Part shown: positions 18,669 to 27,017 of the stretch, in pieces | Position numbering within the stretch: position 1 is the first letter of the stretch | Layout: each line of letters opens with the position of its first letter | Assembly (NCBI GenBank): GCA_025453395.1 | Contig: JALOQK010000003.1 | Location: forward strand, 18,711-82,710 | DNA: 64,000 bases | Direction: 5' to 3' | Origin: Candidatus Omnitrophota bacterium | GTDB taxonomy: Bacteria; Omnitrophota; Gorgyraeia; Gygaellales; Profunditerraquicolaceae | The notes under the pieces: generated by a model | Told to the model about the DNA's origin: nothing | Databases searched by the model: none | Seen by the model: the letters and a program-made list of their open reading frames with translations, nothing else | Translations under genes and position numbers: made by a program

Positions 18669-20170
18669 GATTTTCCTTTAAGTGCAGCCCAAATAAACCC
18701 AAGCAAGGCAAAAATAGACATAAACTCTAATCTTCCCGCCCACATCTGCAGGATATAGGTAATCTTTAATCCTGCGGGCATGTCGACACTTGTAATGCCG
18801 CAGGATAAGCCCACGTTGGCTGCCGCGGAAGCGGATTCAAACAAAGATTCCAGAAACCCATAACCGTAAAACATGGCGATTAGCGACCCTAAAAAATAGA
18901 GCGCCAAGTATGACACCGTAATCAAAAAAACCGAACGCACCTGTTTATCTTCCAAAAACAAATCTTTAATGTGATGCACTTTTTGCATGATTACCGCGCG
19001 CTCCGGAACGATAATCCTTTTAATATCCTGCCAGAGCGCCTTAAAAATTATTCCGACACGAAGTATCTTTATCCCCCCGGTAGTAGAGCATATCGCGCCA
19101 CCCAGCATCATTGCTAAGACTAAACCCGTCAAGGCCAGATCATTCCACTGGGCCTTAAACTGCGCGGGATAAATAGTCATAAATCCGGTTCCTGTGTGCC
19201 CGGAAATAATCTGATAGAATCCTTTTCTAAAAAGCATTATTGCCGAAGGATAACTCGCATCTTTAAAAAGCCCCGCGCAGGAAATCCCAAAAACAGCTAA
19301 AATAGTTATGGTTAATACGCGCATTTCAATATTACGGTATACCTCGCGCCAATTACCAGTCCAAACATAGTAATGCAATTTAAAATTAATCGCGCCTAAA
19401 AACATTATTACTATTGTTATTACTTCTATGGAAAAGCTGTGGTAATAAAGGATGTTCTGCGATTGCGGAGCAAACCCTCCGGTGTCAAAGGCGGCCATAA
19501 AAAGGCAGGCGCCATGGAAAAAGGCATTTACGGGCTTGATCCCCTCTAATATGCCAACAAACCCGATGGCAAGCGTGCCCAAAACCAGATATACGATGCT
19601 GACCAGCCAAATAAATCTGGCGGTGCCAATGACATTGGGCAGCACCTTCTCATCGCGGGCCTCTCCTACATACATTTTGAATGCCCCGGAGATGCCTTTC
19701 ACCAAAAAGGATAACGCGACAATGGCAATGCCCTGGCCTCCGATAAACATAATTAAATGCCGCCAGAAATTATGCGCGTAAGAAAGCTTATCCATGCCCT
19801 GCGCCAATGATAACCCGGTCGTGGCAAAACCAGACATACTATCAAAGACAGCGTCTAGGAAACTATGCCAATGCCCGCTTAAGAATAAAGGCAGCGCCCC
19901 AAATAAACTAGCCGCCCCCCAGGCAAGAGAAACCACGATCATCCCCTGCATCCAGGTTAAATCTTCCTCGCTGTAACAAATAAGCGACAACAAATACCCA
20001 AAAAGCATGGTCACGGAAAAACTGATCAGAAAATCAAGGGTGGGGTTTTTTTCTTTAAAGACAACCGCGACAACCAGCGGCAGGATAAAGGTCATGCCAA
20101 GCCCAAGAATGACCTTGCCTAAATAGTAGCCTATATTTTTAATATCTTGTAATACCGGGCGAAGTATCAT
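18665..20170 (-). CDS. trkH: TrkH-family potassium uptake membrane protein
   Basis: Pore motifs SGFATTG, FDTGGF, HTGTGF, ANVGLS and STTGGIK; start placed at MILRP. Confidence 0.92.
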   Translation of the reverse strand: MILRPVLQDIKNIGYYLGKVILGLGMTFILPLVVAVVFKEKNPTLDFLISFSVTMLFGYLLSLICYSEEDLTWMQGMIVVSLAWGAASLFGALPLFLSGHWHSFLDAVFDSMSGFATTGLSLAQGMDKLSYAHNFWRHLIMFIGGQGIAIVALSFLVKGISGAFKMYVGEARDEKVLPNVIGTARFIWLVSIVYLVLGTLAIGFVGILEGIKPVNAFFHGACLFMAAFDTGGFAPQSQNILYYHSFSIEVITIVIMFLGAINFKLHYYVWTGNWREVYRNIEMRVLTITILAVFGISCAGLFKDASYPSAIMLFRKGFYQIISGHTGTGFMTIYPAQFKAQWNDLALTGLVLAMMLGGAICSTTGGIKILRVGIIFKALWQDIKRIIVPERAVIMQKVHHIKDLFLEDKQVRSVFLITVSYLALYFLGSLIAMFYGYGFLESLFESASAAANVGLSCGITSVDMPAGLKITYILQMWAGRLEFMSIFALLGFIWAALKGKS

Positions 20171-20280
20171 TTTAAATAAAGAATAAAACATATTCCCGCG
20201 GCAATGGCCATAACGAATAAGGCAAAAGCCACTTCAGTAGCCATCCCGACAATAGCGTTTTTAAAAGTAGTCAATCTCAT
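20167..20280 (-). CDS. Small single-TM protein (37 aa)
   Basis: Manual translation MRLTTFKNAIVGMATEVAFALFVMAIAAGICFILYLK; fills the trkA-trkH gap and its TGA overlaps the trkH ATG (ATGA). Confidence 0.6.
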   Translation of the reverse strand: MRLTTFKNAIVGMATEVAFALFVMAIAAGICFILYLK

Positions 20281-20286
20281 AAAGAA

Positions 20287-20949
20287 TTATAAGTTACCTA
20301 CTAACAGGTTCACCAGCTGCGGCTCATTGCCGATAACCGTAATGGCGATAATATCATCTCCGGGAAGAAGAACGGTGTTTCCTTTGGGAATAATTACTTC
20401 TTCGCCTCTGACGATAGAAACCAAAACCGCGTCTTTAGGCAATTGTATCTGGTGAAGCTGTTTATTGATGACAGGAGAATCTTTGGGCAGGTCAACGCGC
20501 ACAATAGCTAGCTTCCCGCGCTTAAAACTCATCAAGTTGACAAAATCAGAGAAAGAAACCTCCTCTTCAATGATCTTGGCGATTATCTTGGTGGAATCAA
20601 TGGGCACGTCCACGCCCAACTCAAAAAAGGTATGCTCATTATCAGGGTTGTTGACTCTGGCGACGGTGCGCCCGACATTAAAACGCTCTTTAACAAGCTG
20701 ACAGATGATTAAATTATCTTCGTCTTCTCCGGTAACAGCCGCCACAACATCGGCCCTGCCCGATCCTGCTTCTTCTAATATGTTCTGGTCACAACCATCT
20801 CCGTTTATAACCAAGACATCCAGATCTTTAGCTATCTCTTCGCAAATCTCGCGGTTTTTATCCACCAAAATTATGGTATGCTTAGCCAAAGACATTTTCT
20901 TGGCCAAAAAATACCCTACTTTCCCAGCCCCCACAATCACGATATACAT
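20287..20949 (-). CDS. trkA: TrkA-family RCK regulatory subunit
   Basis: GAGKVG NAD-binding motif plus TrkA-C domain. Confidence 0.92.
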   Translation of the reverse strand: MYIVIVGAGKVGYFLAKKMSLAKHTIILVDKNREICEEIAKDLDVLVINGDGCDQNILEEAGSGRADVVAAVTGEDEDNLIICQLVKERFNVGRTVARVNNPDNEHTFFELGVDVPIDSTKIIAKIIEEEVSFSDFVNLMSFKRGKLAIVRVDLPKDSPVINKQLHQIQLPKDAVLVSIVRGEEVIIPKGNTVLLPGDDIIAITVIGNEPQLVNLLVGNL

Positions 20950-20964
20950 AATATGCTCTTATCT

Positions 20965-21609
20965 TTAAACGCCAAACCTATCTTTAATTTTCTTTAAGCT
21001 GGAAACCTTGACCACCGCCATCAAAGAATCTTTTGGTTTTAAAACAGTGCCGGGCTGCGGGATGATTACTCCATCTACCCTTCTTATCGCCACAACCAGT
21101 ATATCCGGCGGATCGTTTATTTCCTGAACGGATTTTCCCACAAGGCTATCCTTGGCCTCAATTTCCAACACACCCAACTCTTTGGTTTCGATAAGATAGC
21201 TTGAAAAACGGCTTTCAATGATCTTATCGCGCAGCATAGACGCAAAAAGCACTGTCCCGCTTATGATATCCAAGCCTAAATAAGCGTAGATATTCGCCCG
21301 ATTAGGATCGTATACCCGGGCAAAAACCTTGGGGATTTTAAAAATTCTCTTAGCTACTTGAGCGCAAATAAGGTTGGTATTGTCGCCGTTTGTTACCGCG
21401 CAGAAGGCGTCGCTTTTTTCAATGCCGGCTTGTTTTAAAAGGTCTAGATCAAACCCGTTGCCGCTTAAGGTCAGGCCGTTAAAAGCATTGCCTAAACGCT
21501 CAAAGGAAGATTGGCTTTTATCTATAACCACTACATTGTGGCCTTCATTGGAGAGAAGTTTTGCAAGTTGCGAGCCGACCCGGCCACAGCCCACAATAAT
21601 TATATACAT
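20965..21609 (-). CDS. trkA: TrkA-family RCK regulatory subunit (second paralog)
   Basis: GCGRVG motif, AVTNGDNTN, TrkA-C domain. Confidence 0.92.
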   Translation of the reverse strand: MYIIIVGCGRVGSQLAKLLSNEGHNVVVIDKSQSSFERLGNAFNGLTLSGNGFDLDLLKQAGIEKSDAFCAVTNGDNTNLICAQVAKRIFKIPKVFARVYDPNRANIYAYLGLDIISGTVLFASMLRDKIIESRFSSYLIETKELGVLEIEAKDSLVGKSVQEINDPPDILVVAIRRVDGVIIPQPGTVLKPKDSLMAVVKVSSLKKIKDRFGV

Positions 21610-21611
21610 GC

Positions 21612-21962
21612 CTATCCTTTTTTGGCGATTTCCATAAGCTTATTGAACGCTGGGAGATTATTAACCGCCAACTCTGCGATAATCTTTCTGTCCAAAGTGA
21701 TTTTTGCTTTTTTAAGGGCGTTCATAAACTTGCTGTAGGTGATCCCGTTTTCGCGGCAAGCGGCATTGATGCGCACGATCCAAAGGGAGCGGATCAACCG
21801 TTTTTTATTCCTGCGGTCGCGGTAGGCGTATTTTAAAGCATGCATCAGGGCCCTGCGCGCCTGCTGATACTGCTTGCTCCGGTCGCCGAAAAAACCTTTG
21901 GCGCTTTTTAATGTGCGGGTCTTTCTTCTTCTGGTAGCTTGGCTATGTTTAACTTTTGGCAT
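21612..21962 (-). CDS. rplT: 50S ribosomal protein L20
   Basis: YAYRDRRNKKR...LWIVRINAA. Confidence 0.97.
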   Translation of the reverse strand: MPKVKHSQATRRRKTRTLKSAKGFFGDRSKQYQQARRALMHALKYAYRDRRNKKRLIRSLWIVRINAACRENGITYSKFMNALKKAKITLDRKIIAELAVNNLPAFNKLMEIAKKG

Positions 21963-21983
21963 TTTTACTCCTCTTGTATTGCT

Positions 21984-22184
21984 TTAGGCATAGGGCATCA
22001 TTCTTCTTAAATATTTCTTTTCCGGGGCCCCGTCAATAGTCTTGGCCCTTCTTAAAGAACGGATGCGTTTTGTTTTTTTGTTAGTCGCCAGGTGGCTTTT
22101 CCCTCCGGCATAATATTTTATTTTTCCTGTTTTAGAGCGTTTGAATCTTTTCATTACCCCTTTTTTACTTTTAAGTTTGGGCAT
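21984..22184 (-). CDS. rpmI: 50S ribosomal protein L35
   Basis: MPKLKSKKG..KRFK; between infC and rplT. Confidence 0.93.
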   Translation of the reverse strand: MPKLKSKKGVMKRFKRSKTGKIKYYAGGKSHLATNKKTKRIRSLRRAKTIDGAPEKKYLRRMMPYA

Positions 22185-22211
22185 ATCTTTGGCCTCTCAT
22201 TCTTATATTGG

Positions 22212-22718
22212 TTATTTCGGAGCAAGCACCAGTGAAATAATCCTGCCTTCTAAACTTGGCTCTTTTTCCATCACCGCGTCGTTCTTTGTATCGACGACGA
22301 ATTTATCCAGAATTTTTCTTCCTAAGTCCATATGTTCCATTTGCCTGCCGCGGAAGAAAAGATTAACCTTAACTTTGTCTTTTTTCTGCAAAAACGCGAT
22401 TACCTGCCTTAACTTGGTCTGATAATCGTGTTCATTGATATTTGGCTTAACGCGTATCTCTTTTAAATGCGTCAGCTTCTGGTGTTTCTTGGCCTCGCGC
22501 TCTTTTTTCTCCTGGTCATATTTGAATTTACTAAAATCCATTACCCTGCAAACAGGCGGAACAGAAGCTGGAGCAACTTCCACTAAGTCTAAATCGCTTT
22601 GGTTGGCAATTTCAAGCGCCCGGTTAGTAGCCATAATCCCTAATTGATTTCCTTCTGAGCCAATAACTCTTACCTGCGAGACGCGGATTTTTTCGTTAAC
22701 GCGAATAAATTTCTTTAT
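22212..22718 (-). CDS. infC: Translation initiation factor IF-3 (AUA start)
   Basis: Frame extends 28 codons upstream of the tracked ATG (IKKFIRVNEKIRVSQVRVIG...) to ATA preceded by AGGAGG. Confidence 0.93.
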   Translation of the reverse strand: MKKFIRVNEKIRVSQVRVIGSEGNQLGIMATNRALEIANQSDLDLVEVAPASVPPVCRVMDFSKFKYDQEKKEREAKKHQKLTHLKEIRVKPNINEHDYQTKLRQVIAFLQKKDKVKVNLFFRGRQMEHMDLGRKILDKFVVDTKNDAVMEKEPSLEGRIISLVLAPK

Positions 22719-22736
22719 AGCAACCTCCTTGGTGTT

Positions 22737-24455
22737 TTACTGCTTGTTATTAATTTGTTCTTTGATTTTTATGATAAAATCCGCCAAGCTCATCGCGCCT
22801 AAATCTTTTTGCCCTCTCTGCCTGACAGAAACCTGCTTTTGTTCCTCTTCCCGCGCTCCTATAACCAGAATATAAGGGACCTTTTCCACTTCTTTCTGGC
22901 GGATGCGCTTATTTAAAGTTTCACTTCCAGAAACCAGTTCCGCGCGCAAAGAAATTTCTTCAAGCGCGCGTTTGACTTCTTGAGCATAACCTTCAAATAC
23001 CGCGTTAATCGGAACAATGGCTACCTGCACCGGCGCCAGCCACACCGGGAAAGCGCCAGCATAATGTTCGACAAGCGCGCCTAAGAATCTCTCTAAGCTA
23101 CCCAATAAGACGCGATGCAGCATGACCGGCTGCTTGGCCTGGCCATCCTGGTCTATATATTCTAAATTAAAGCGCTTAGGCAGCGCAAAATCACATTGTA
23201 TGGTAGCACATTGCCATTGCCGTTTCAAGGCATCTTTTAGCTTAATATCTATCTTTGGGCCATAAAAGGCTCCATCACCGGCATTAATAGTATAGGCCAG
23301 GCCTTTTTCCTTAAGCGCGTTCTCCAATCCTGCTGTTGCCTTGTCCCAATCTCCTTGCGTTCCGATAAATTTTTCCGGCTGGGTGCTTAATTCAATCTGT
23401 ATATCTGAAAATCCAAAGTCCTTCATGGTGTCAAAGACAAAATCTATGACCTTTTGAATCTCATCTTTGAGCTGTTCTGGCAGGCAAAAGATGTGCGCGT
23501 CATCTTGAGTAAACCCGCGCACGCGCAAAAGACCGTGCAAAACCCCTGCCTTCTCATGGCGATAAACTGTTCCCTGCTCAAAAAGCCGTAACGGCAAGTC
23601 GCGATAACTTCTGGTCTTGGATTTATAAATCAAAATATGCCCCGGACAATTCATCGGCTTTAAAACAAATTCTTTTTCCTCAATCTTAAAACAATACATG
23701 TTCTGCCGGTAATAATCATAATGCCCTGAGGTCTGCCAAAGGCCTGACTGCATAATATGCGGAGTCAAGACCATTTGATACCCGCGCGCCAAATGCGCGT
23801 TTTTCTCGTAATCTTCAATGATCCGGCGAAGAATTGCCCCCTTAGGCAAATAAAATACCAAGCCCGGGCCGGCATCTTCATAAAAGATATCGAAGAGCTC
23901 TAGCTGGGGCCCTAGCTTTCGATGGTCGCGCTTTTTCGCTTCTTCTAAATTCTTGAGATGTTCGTCTAATTCTTTTTGCGTCTGGAAGCAGGTGCCATAA
24001 ATCCTCTGCAGCATGGGGTTGGTTTCAATACCATGCCAATACGCACCTGCCACTGACAATAATTTAAAGGCCTTAATCTGCCCGGTTGAATCTATGTGCG
24101 GGCCGCGGCATAAATCTACGAAACTATTTCCTGTTTTGTAAATAGAGACCTTGTCCACATTCAAAGCCTTAATCAATTCCACCTTGTAATCTTCTTTACG
24201 CTGTTCAAAGAACTTTATTGCCTCAGCCGTATTTAATTCTTCTCTTATAAAAGGCTCATTCTTGGCAATGATCCGGCGCATAGATTCTTCGATCTTGGCC
24301 AAATCATCGTCGGTAAACGGCTCTTTTTTATCAAAATCATAATAAAACCCGTCCTCAATAGCCGGACCGATAGTAACCTTCGCCTGCGGCCAAAGCTCTT
24401 TTACCGCTTGGGCCATTACGTGAGAACAGGAATGCCGTAAAACCGATATGTCCAT
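22737..24455 (-). CDS. thrS: Threonine--tRNA ligase (no N-terminal TGS domain)
   Basis: LRHSCSH, DLCRGPH, RDHRKLG, KPMNCPGH, GLLRVRGFTQDDAH. Confidence 0.97.
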   Translation of the reverse strand: MDISVLRHSCSHVMAQAVKELWPQAKVTIGPAIEDGFYYDFDKKEPFTDDDLAKIEESMRRIIAKNEPFIREELNTAEAIKFFEQRKEDYKVELIKALNVDKVSIYKTGNSFVDLCRGPHIDSTGQIKAFKLLSVAGAYWHGIETNPMLQRIYGTCFQTQKELDEHLKNLEEAKKRDHRKLGPQLELFDIFYEDAGPGLVFYLPKGAILRRIIEDYEKNAHLARGYQMVLTPHIMQSGLWQTSGHYDYYRQNMYCFKIEEKEFVLKPMNCPGHILIYKSKTRSYRDLPLRLFEQGTVYRHEKAGVLHGLLRVRGFTQDDAHIFCLPEQLKDEIQKVIDFVFDTMKDFGFSDIQIELSTQPEKFIGTQGDWDKATAGLENALKEKGLAYTINAGDGAFYGPKIDIKLKDALKRQWQCATIQCDFALPKRFNLEYIDQDGQAKQPVMLHRVLLGSLERFLGALVEHYAGAFPVWLAPVQVAIVPINAVFEGYAQEVKRALEEISLRAELVSGSETLNKRIRQKEVEKVPYILVIGAREEEQKQVSVRQRGQKDLGAMSLADFIIKIKEQINNKQ

Positions 24456-24467
24456 AATAACTTTTCC

Positions 24468-24562
24468 TTAGCGTAAAGCTAAAAGCGCAAAATTAAAAAC
24501 CAAAATTAAAAATTTAAAGCTTTTTGGTTTTACGCTTTTCGCTTTACACTTTACGCTTTTTA
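24468..24562. repeat. AT-rich imperfect palindrome with 7-nt periodicity
   Basis: agcgtaaagctaaaagcgcaaaa...ttttacgcttttcgctttacactttacgct. Confidence 0.75.
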
Positions 24563-24564
24563 AA

Positions 24565-24641
24565 TGGTGGGCCCAAGAGGACTTGAACCTCTGGCCTTTG
24601 CGATGTCAACGCAACGCTCTAACCAACTGAGCTATGAGCCC
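24565..24641 (-). tRNA. tRNA-Val(GAC)
   Basis: Cloverleaf, anticodon arm TTGCG-TT GAC AT-CGCAA, CCA encoded. Confidence 0.95.
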
Positions 24642-24652
24642 TTGAACACCAA

Positions 24653-24820
24653 AATGTATCCGCCGAAGGCGGAAATTCAGTGAAACCTCGATGAGTGTGC
24701 CGAAATTTTAATTTTGAAAATTTCGGCACATCTTACGCATCGAGGCAACCTTCCAATGTATCCGCCGAAGGCGGAAATTCAGCGAAACTCCGAGTTATAT
24801 CAATCCGCTTGCGGCGGATA
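24653..24820. repeat. Two 34-bp direct repeats (1 mismatch) flanking a long hairpin
   Basis: AATGTATCCGCCGAAGGCGGAAATTCAG(T/C)GAAAC at 24653 and 24755; hairpin 24686-24745. Confidence 0.85.
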
Positions 24821-24847
24821 GCTGTTAAAAACCGCTTCGTTAAAATT

Positions 24848-25048
24848 TTATTTTGATTCCCCTTTTTCAATGGCCTGGCTTCGAGCATTAAAGTTAGCTT
24901 GCGCCTGCCATGCCATCCATATCAACAATGCCAAGAAGACCACATTGGATATAAATACAAATTTACTCTTTTTGACCGTGTCGCGGATACCACGACGAAT
25001 AAAAATATGCAACACCAACACAAATATTAACGGAACAATTAAAGTCAT
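24848..25048 (-). CDS. Small 2-TM hypothetical membrane protein
   Basis: Two hydrophobic segments; lies between tRNA-Leu and tRNA-Val. Confidence 0.55.
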   Translation of the reverse strand: MTLIVPLIFVLVLHIFIRRGIRDTVKKSKFVFISNVVFLALLIWMAWQAQANFNARSQAIEKGESK

Positions 25049-25086
25049 ACTTACATTGCCGCTGCTGTATCCTCGTTAAAATTTAA

Positions 25087-25169
25087 TGGGCAGGGAGGGA
25101 GTTGAACCCTCACGCTCTTGCAAGCGGGAGATTTTAAGTCTCCATTGTCTGCCATTCCAACACCTGCCC
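25087..25169 (-). tRNA. tRNA-Leu(TAA)
   Basis: Anticodon arm GGAGA-CT TAA AA-TCTCC, long variable arm, no intron. Confidence 0.93.
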
Positions 25170-25188
25170 AAAATTTTTAAGAACAAAG

Positions 25189-25845
25189 CTAAATAACTGT
25201 TTTACTCTTACCCCAGCCCACAGATGCATTAATGCATTCTTGGGCTAATTTTATTTTTCTTTCCAAACCAAAACAGTTTTTATAATAACATTGCGCAACA
25301 ATTTTTCTTGCAGCCATTTTGCCATATTTCAACACCCACACATTGCCTGCACTCTTGTGCGTCCTGCCTCGGGCCAACAATAATTTCTCTACTGTACTCC
25401 TTAACCAATGAATAAATTTTGGAGAGCCGGAATAAATTCTTAAACTCCACTGCTCTCTATTATTAGATGGATGCACCCAGCTACGGATACTTCCGTCTCC
25501 ATCAATTAAGCCGCGCAAGAAATCAACAAAGAACTTTTCAGGAACATCCAGATTACCTAAACTTAAAGACTTATTCGGCTTTAATCCTATTGCAACTAAA
25601 AATTCATAAAGGTTCTTATTTGAGAATTGTAAATAATAAGCCTGATTAGGCCTTTCTTTATTTTTAGTTCCGATTTTATTCTTCAAGCCTAGGGCATTTT
25701 TTAATTTATCCAGAAACCCATAATCTTTAGAAGTAATATCTATGTGCCTTTTATCCCCGGATAGACAGCCGTCGCTTGTAACCAACCCCACTAAATACCA
25801 AAGATCAGATCCGCCGATATTTAATTCTTTTCTTTTATTCGGCAT
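25189..25845 (-). CDS. Free-standing double-motif LAGLIDADG endonuclease
   Basis: Two LAGLIDADG helices, YLVGLVTSDGC and FLRGLIDGDGS, with KPNKS linker; no intein splice domains. Confidence 0.88.
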   Translation of the reverse strand: MPNKRKELNIGGSDLWYLVGLVTSDGCLSGDKRHIDITSKDYGFLDKLKNALGLKNKIGTKNKERPNQAYYLQFSNKNLYEFLVAIGLKPNKSLSLGNLDVPEKFFVDFLRGLIDGDGSIRSWVHPSNNREQWSLRIYSGSPKFIHWLRSTVEKLLLARGRTHKSAGNVWVLKYGKMAARKIVAQCYYKNCFGLERKIKLAQECINASVGWGKSKTVI

Positions 25846-25849
25846 GCAA

Positions 25850-26170
25850 CTTTACCTCAGATACTCCGCTCGCTATTTTGTTTGTCGCCCCTTGCCTAAA
25901 CGCTTGTAAATTTTCTAACCGTAGTATTCCAGATACTCCGCTCGCTACTCGGCTTGTCGCAAAACTTAAGTTTTTGCCCCTCGCCAAAGCACTCGAAAAT
26001 TCTTTCGCCTCGCTCAATAATTTTCTTCGCTGGCTTCGGGGTGAATTTCCATACTGGCGATAGCGAGGAAATTCTAAGGCGACGAGCGGATTCTCCCGAC
26101 GTTCACCTTCGGTTCAGTCGGGATCCCGCTGTATTTTACAAGTCGTGCGGGAGAACCGCTGTTACCGCTA
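25850..26170 (-). other. Structured 5' leader of the LAGLIDADG gene (candidate ncRNA) with 18-bp direct repeats
   Basis: CAGATACTCCGCTCGCTA at 25858 and 25930; several hairpins including a GAGC-GAG-GCGAA loop and a 3-way junction at 26085-26160. Confidence 0.55.
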
Positions 26171-26187
26171 TTTAAAAAGAACTCTAA

Positions 26188-26259
26188 AGGCGTGGACCGG
26201 ATTTGAACCGGTGAATAACTGTTTTGCAGACAGTTGCCTTACCGCTTGGCTACCACGCC
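26188..26259 (-). tRNA. tRNA-Cys(GCA)
   Basis: Anticodon arm ACTGT-CT GCA AA-ACAGT; U discriminator. Confidence 0.95.
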
Positions 26260-26263
26260 AAAA

Positions 26264-26806
26264 TTATAATAATCTTTTTACTTCTTTTATTATCTCTTCA
26301 ACGCCAGCCAAGCAGCCTAAACCTTTTTTGCCGCAGGCCAAATTTCCTTCAACTGGCCCGATAAATTTATACCCTACTGTCTTTAACTTCTTAATATTAT
26401 CCTGCACGATTTTATTTTGATACATCTTGGTATTCATCGCCGCGGCAATTAAAACCGGCGCATTGCTTGCTATAACCGTACAGCTTAAAAGATCGTCACA
26501 GATCCCGTTGGCAAGCTTCCCGATAATATTTGCGGTTGCCGGGGCAATCAAAATCAAATCCGCTTTCTCGGCCAAAGAAATATGCTCTATTTCCCAGACA
26601 CGGTCGGAATTAAACATTTCCGTATAAACTTTATTAAAGCTAACCGCCTCAAATAAAGCTGGGCGGATCAATTCTTTCGCCTCTTGGGTCATTACCACCG
26701 TAACGCCAAAATTATTTTCCCGCAGGCGGCGCACCAAATCGCAGGCTTTATAAATCGCCACACTTGCGGTAACCCCTAAAATGATTTGCTTCTTTTCTTT
26801 TGGCAT
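26264..26806 (-). CDS. coaC: Phosphopantothenoylcysteine decarboxylase (CoaC domain only)
   Basis: GVTASVAIYK, EHISLA, APATAN, AAMNTKMY, LACG; no CoaB domain. Confidence 0.9.
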   Translation of the reverse strand: MPKEKKQIILGVTASVAIYKACDLVRRLRENNFGVTVVMTQEAKELIRPALFEAVSFNKVYTEMFNSDRVWEIEHISLAEKADLILIAPATANIIGKLANGICDDLLSCTVIASNAPVLIAAAMNTKMYQNKIVQDNIKKLKTVGYKFIGPVEGNLACGKKGLGCLAGVEEIIKEVKRLL

Positions 26807-27015
26807 TAGTTATTTTCTATTTTCTTGCAATAAACTTTCCCGGCGGCAATCTCAAATAATGCCACGGTTGACGGCTTCATAGCAAGCGGCAGACTCAACA
26901 CCAGCCTGGGCTGGCCTTCGGCTATTTCCAGCGCTCTCTTAGAAGCCAAAATAACAAGTTTATAGATCGAGTGGTTTGTCTTATCCAATAATTTCTCAAG
27001 CGGCACGTAGGTCAT
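26806..27015 (-). CDS. rpoZ: RNA polymerase omega subunit
   Basis: SIYKLVILASKRA...KPSTVALFEIAAG; between gmk and coaC. Confidence 0.9.
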   Translation of the reverse strand: MTYVPLEKLLDKTNHSIYKLVILASKRALEIAEGQPRLVLSLPLAMKPSTVALFEIAAGKVYCKKIENN

Positions 27016-27017
27016 TC

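Noticed and set aside
24456-24564. T-box leader for thrS
   Set aside because: No T-box consensus; the region is the heptamer palindrome.
24653-24788. CRISPR array
   Set aside because: Only two repeats, the 68-nt spacer is itself a hairpin, and there are no cas genes in the window.
25087-26259. Group I intron or intein hosting the LAGLIDADG ORF
   Set aside because: Both tRNAs are uninterrupted, there is no split host gene, no recognisable P7 core by eye and no intein splice motifs; a covariance search is still needed to exclude a degenerate intron.
25835-26420. Short ORFs 25835-26017, 25878-26063, 25954-26175 and 26145-26420
   Set aside because: They overlap the structured leader or tRNA-Cys and have no recognisable protein features.
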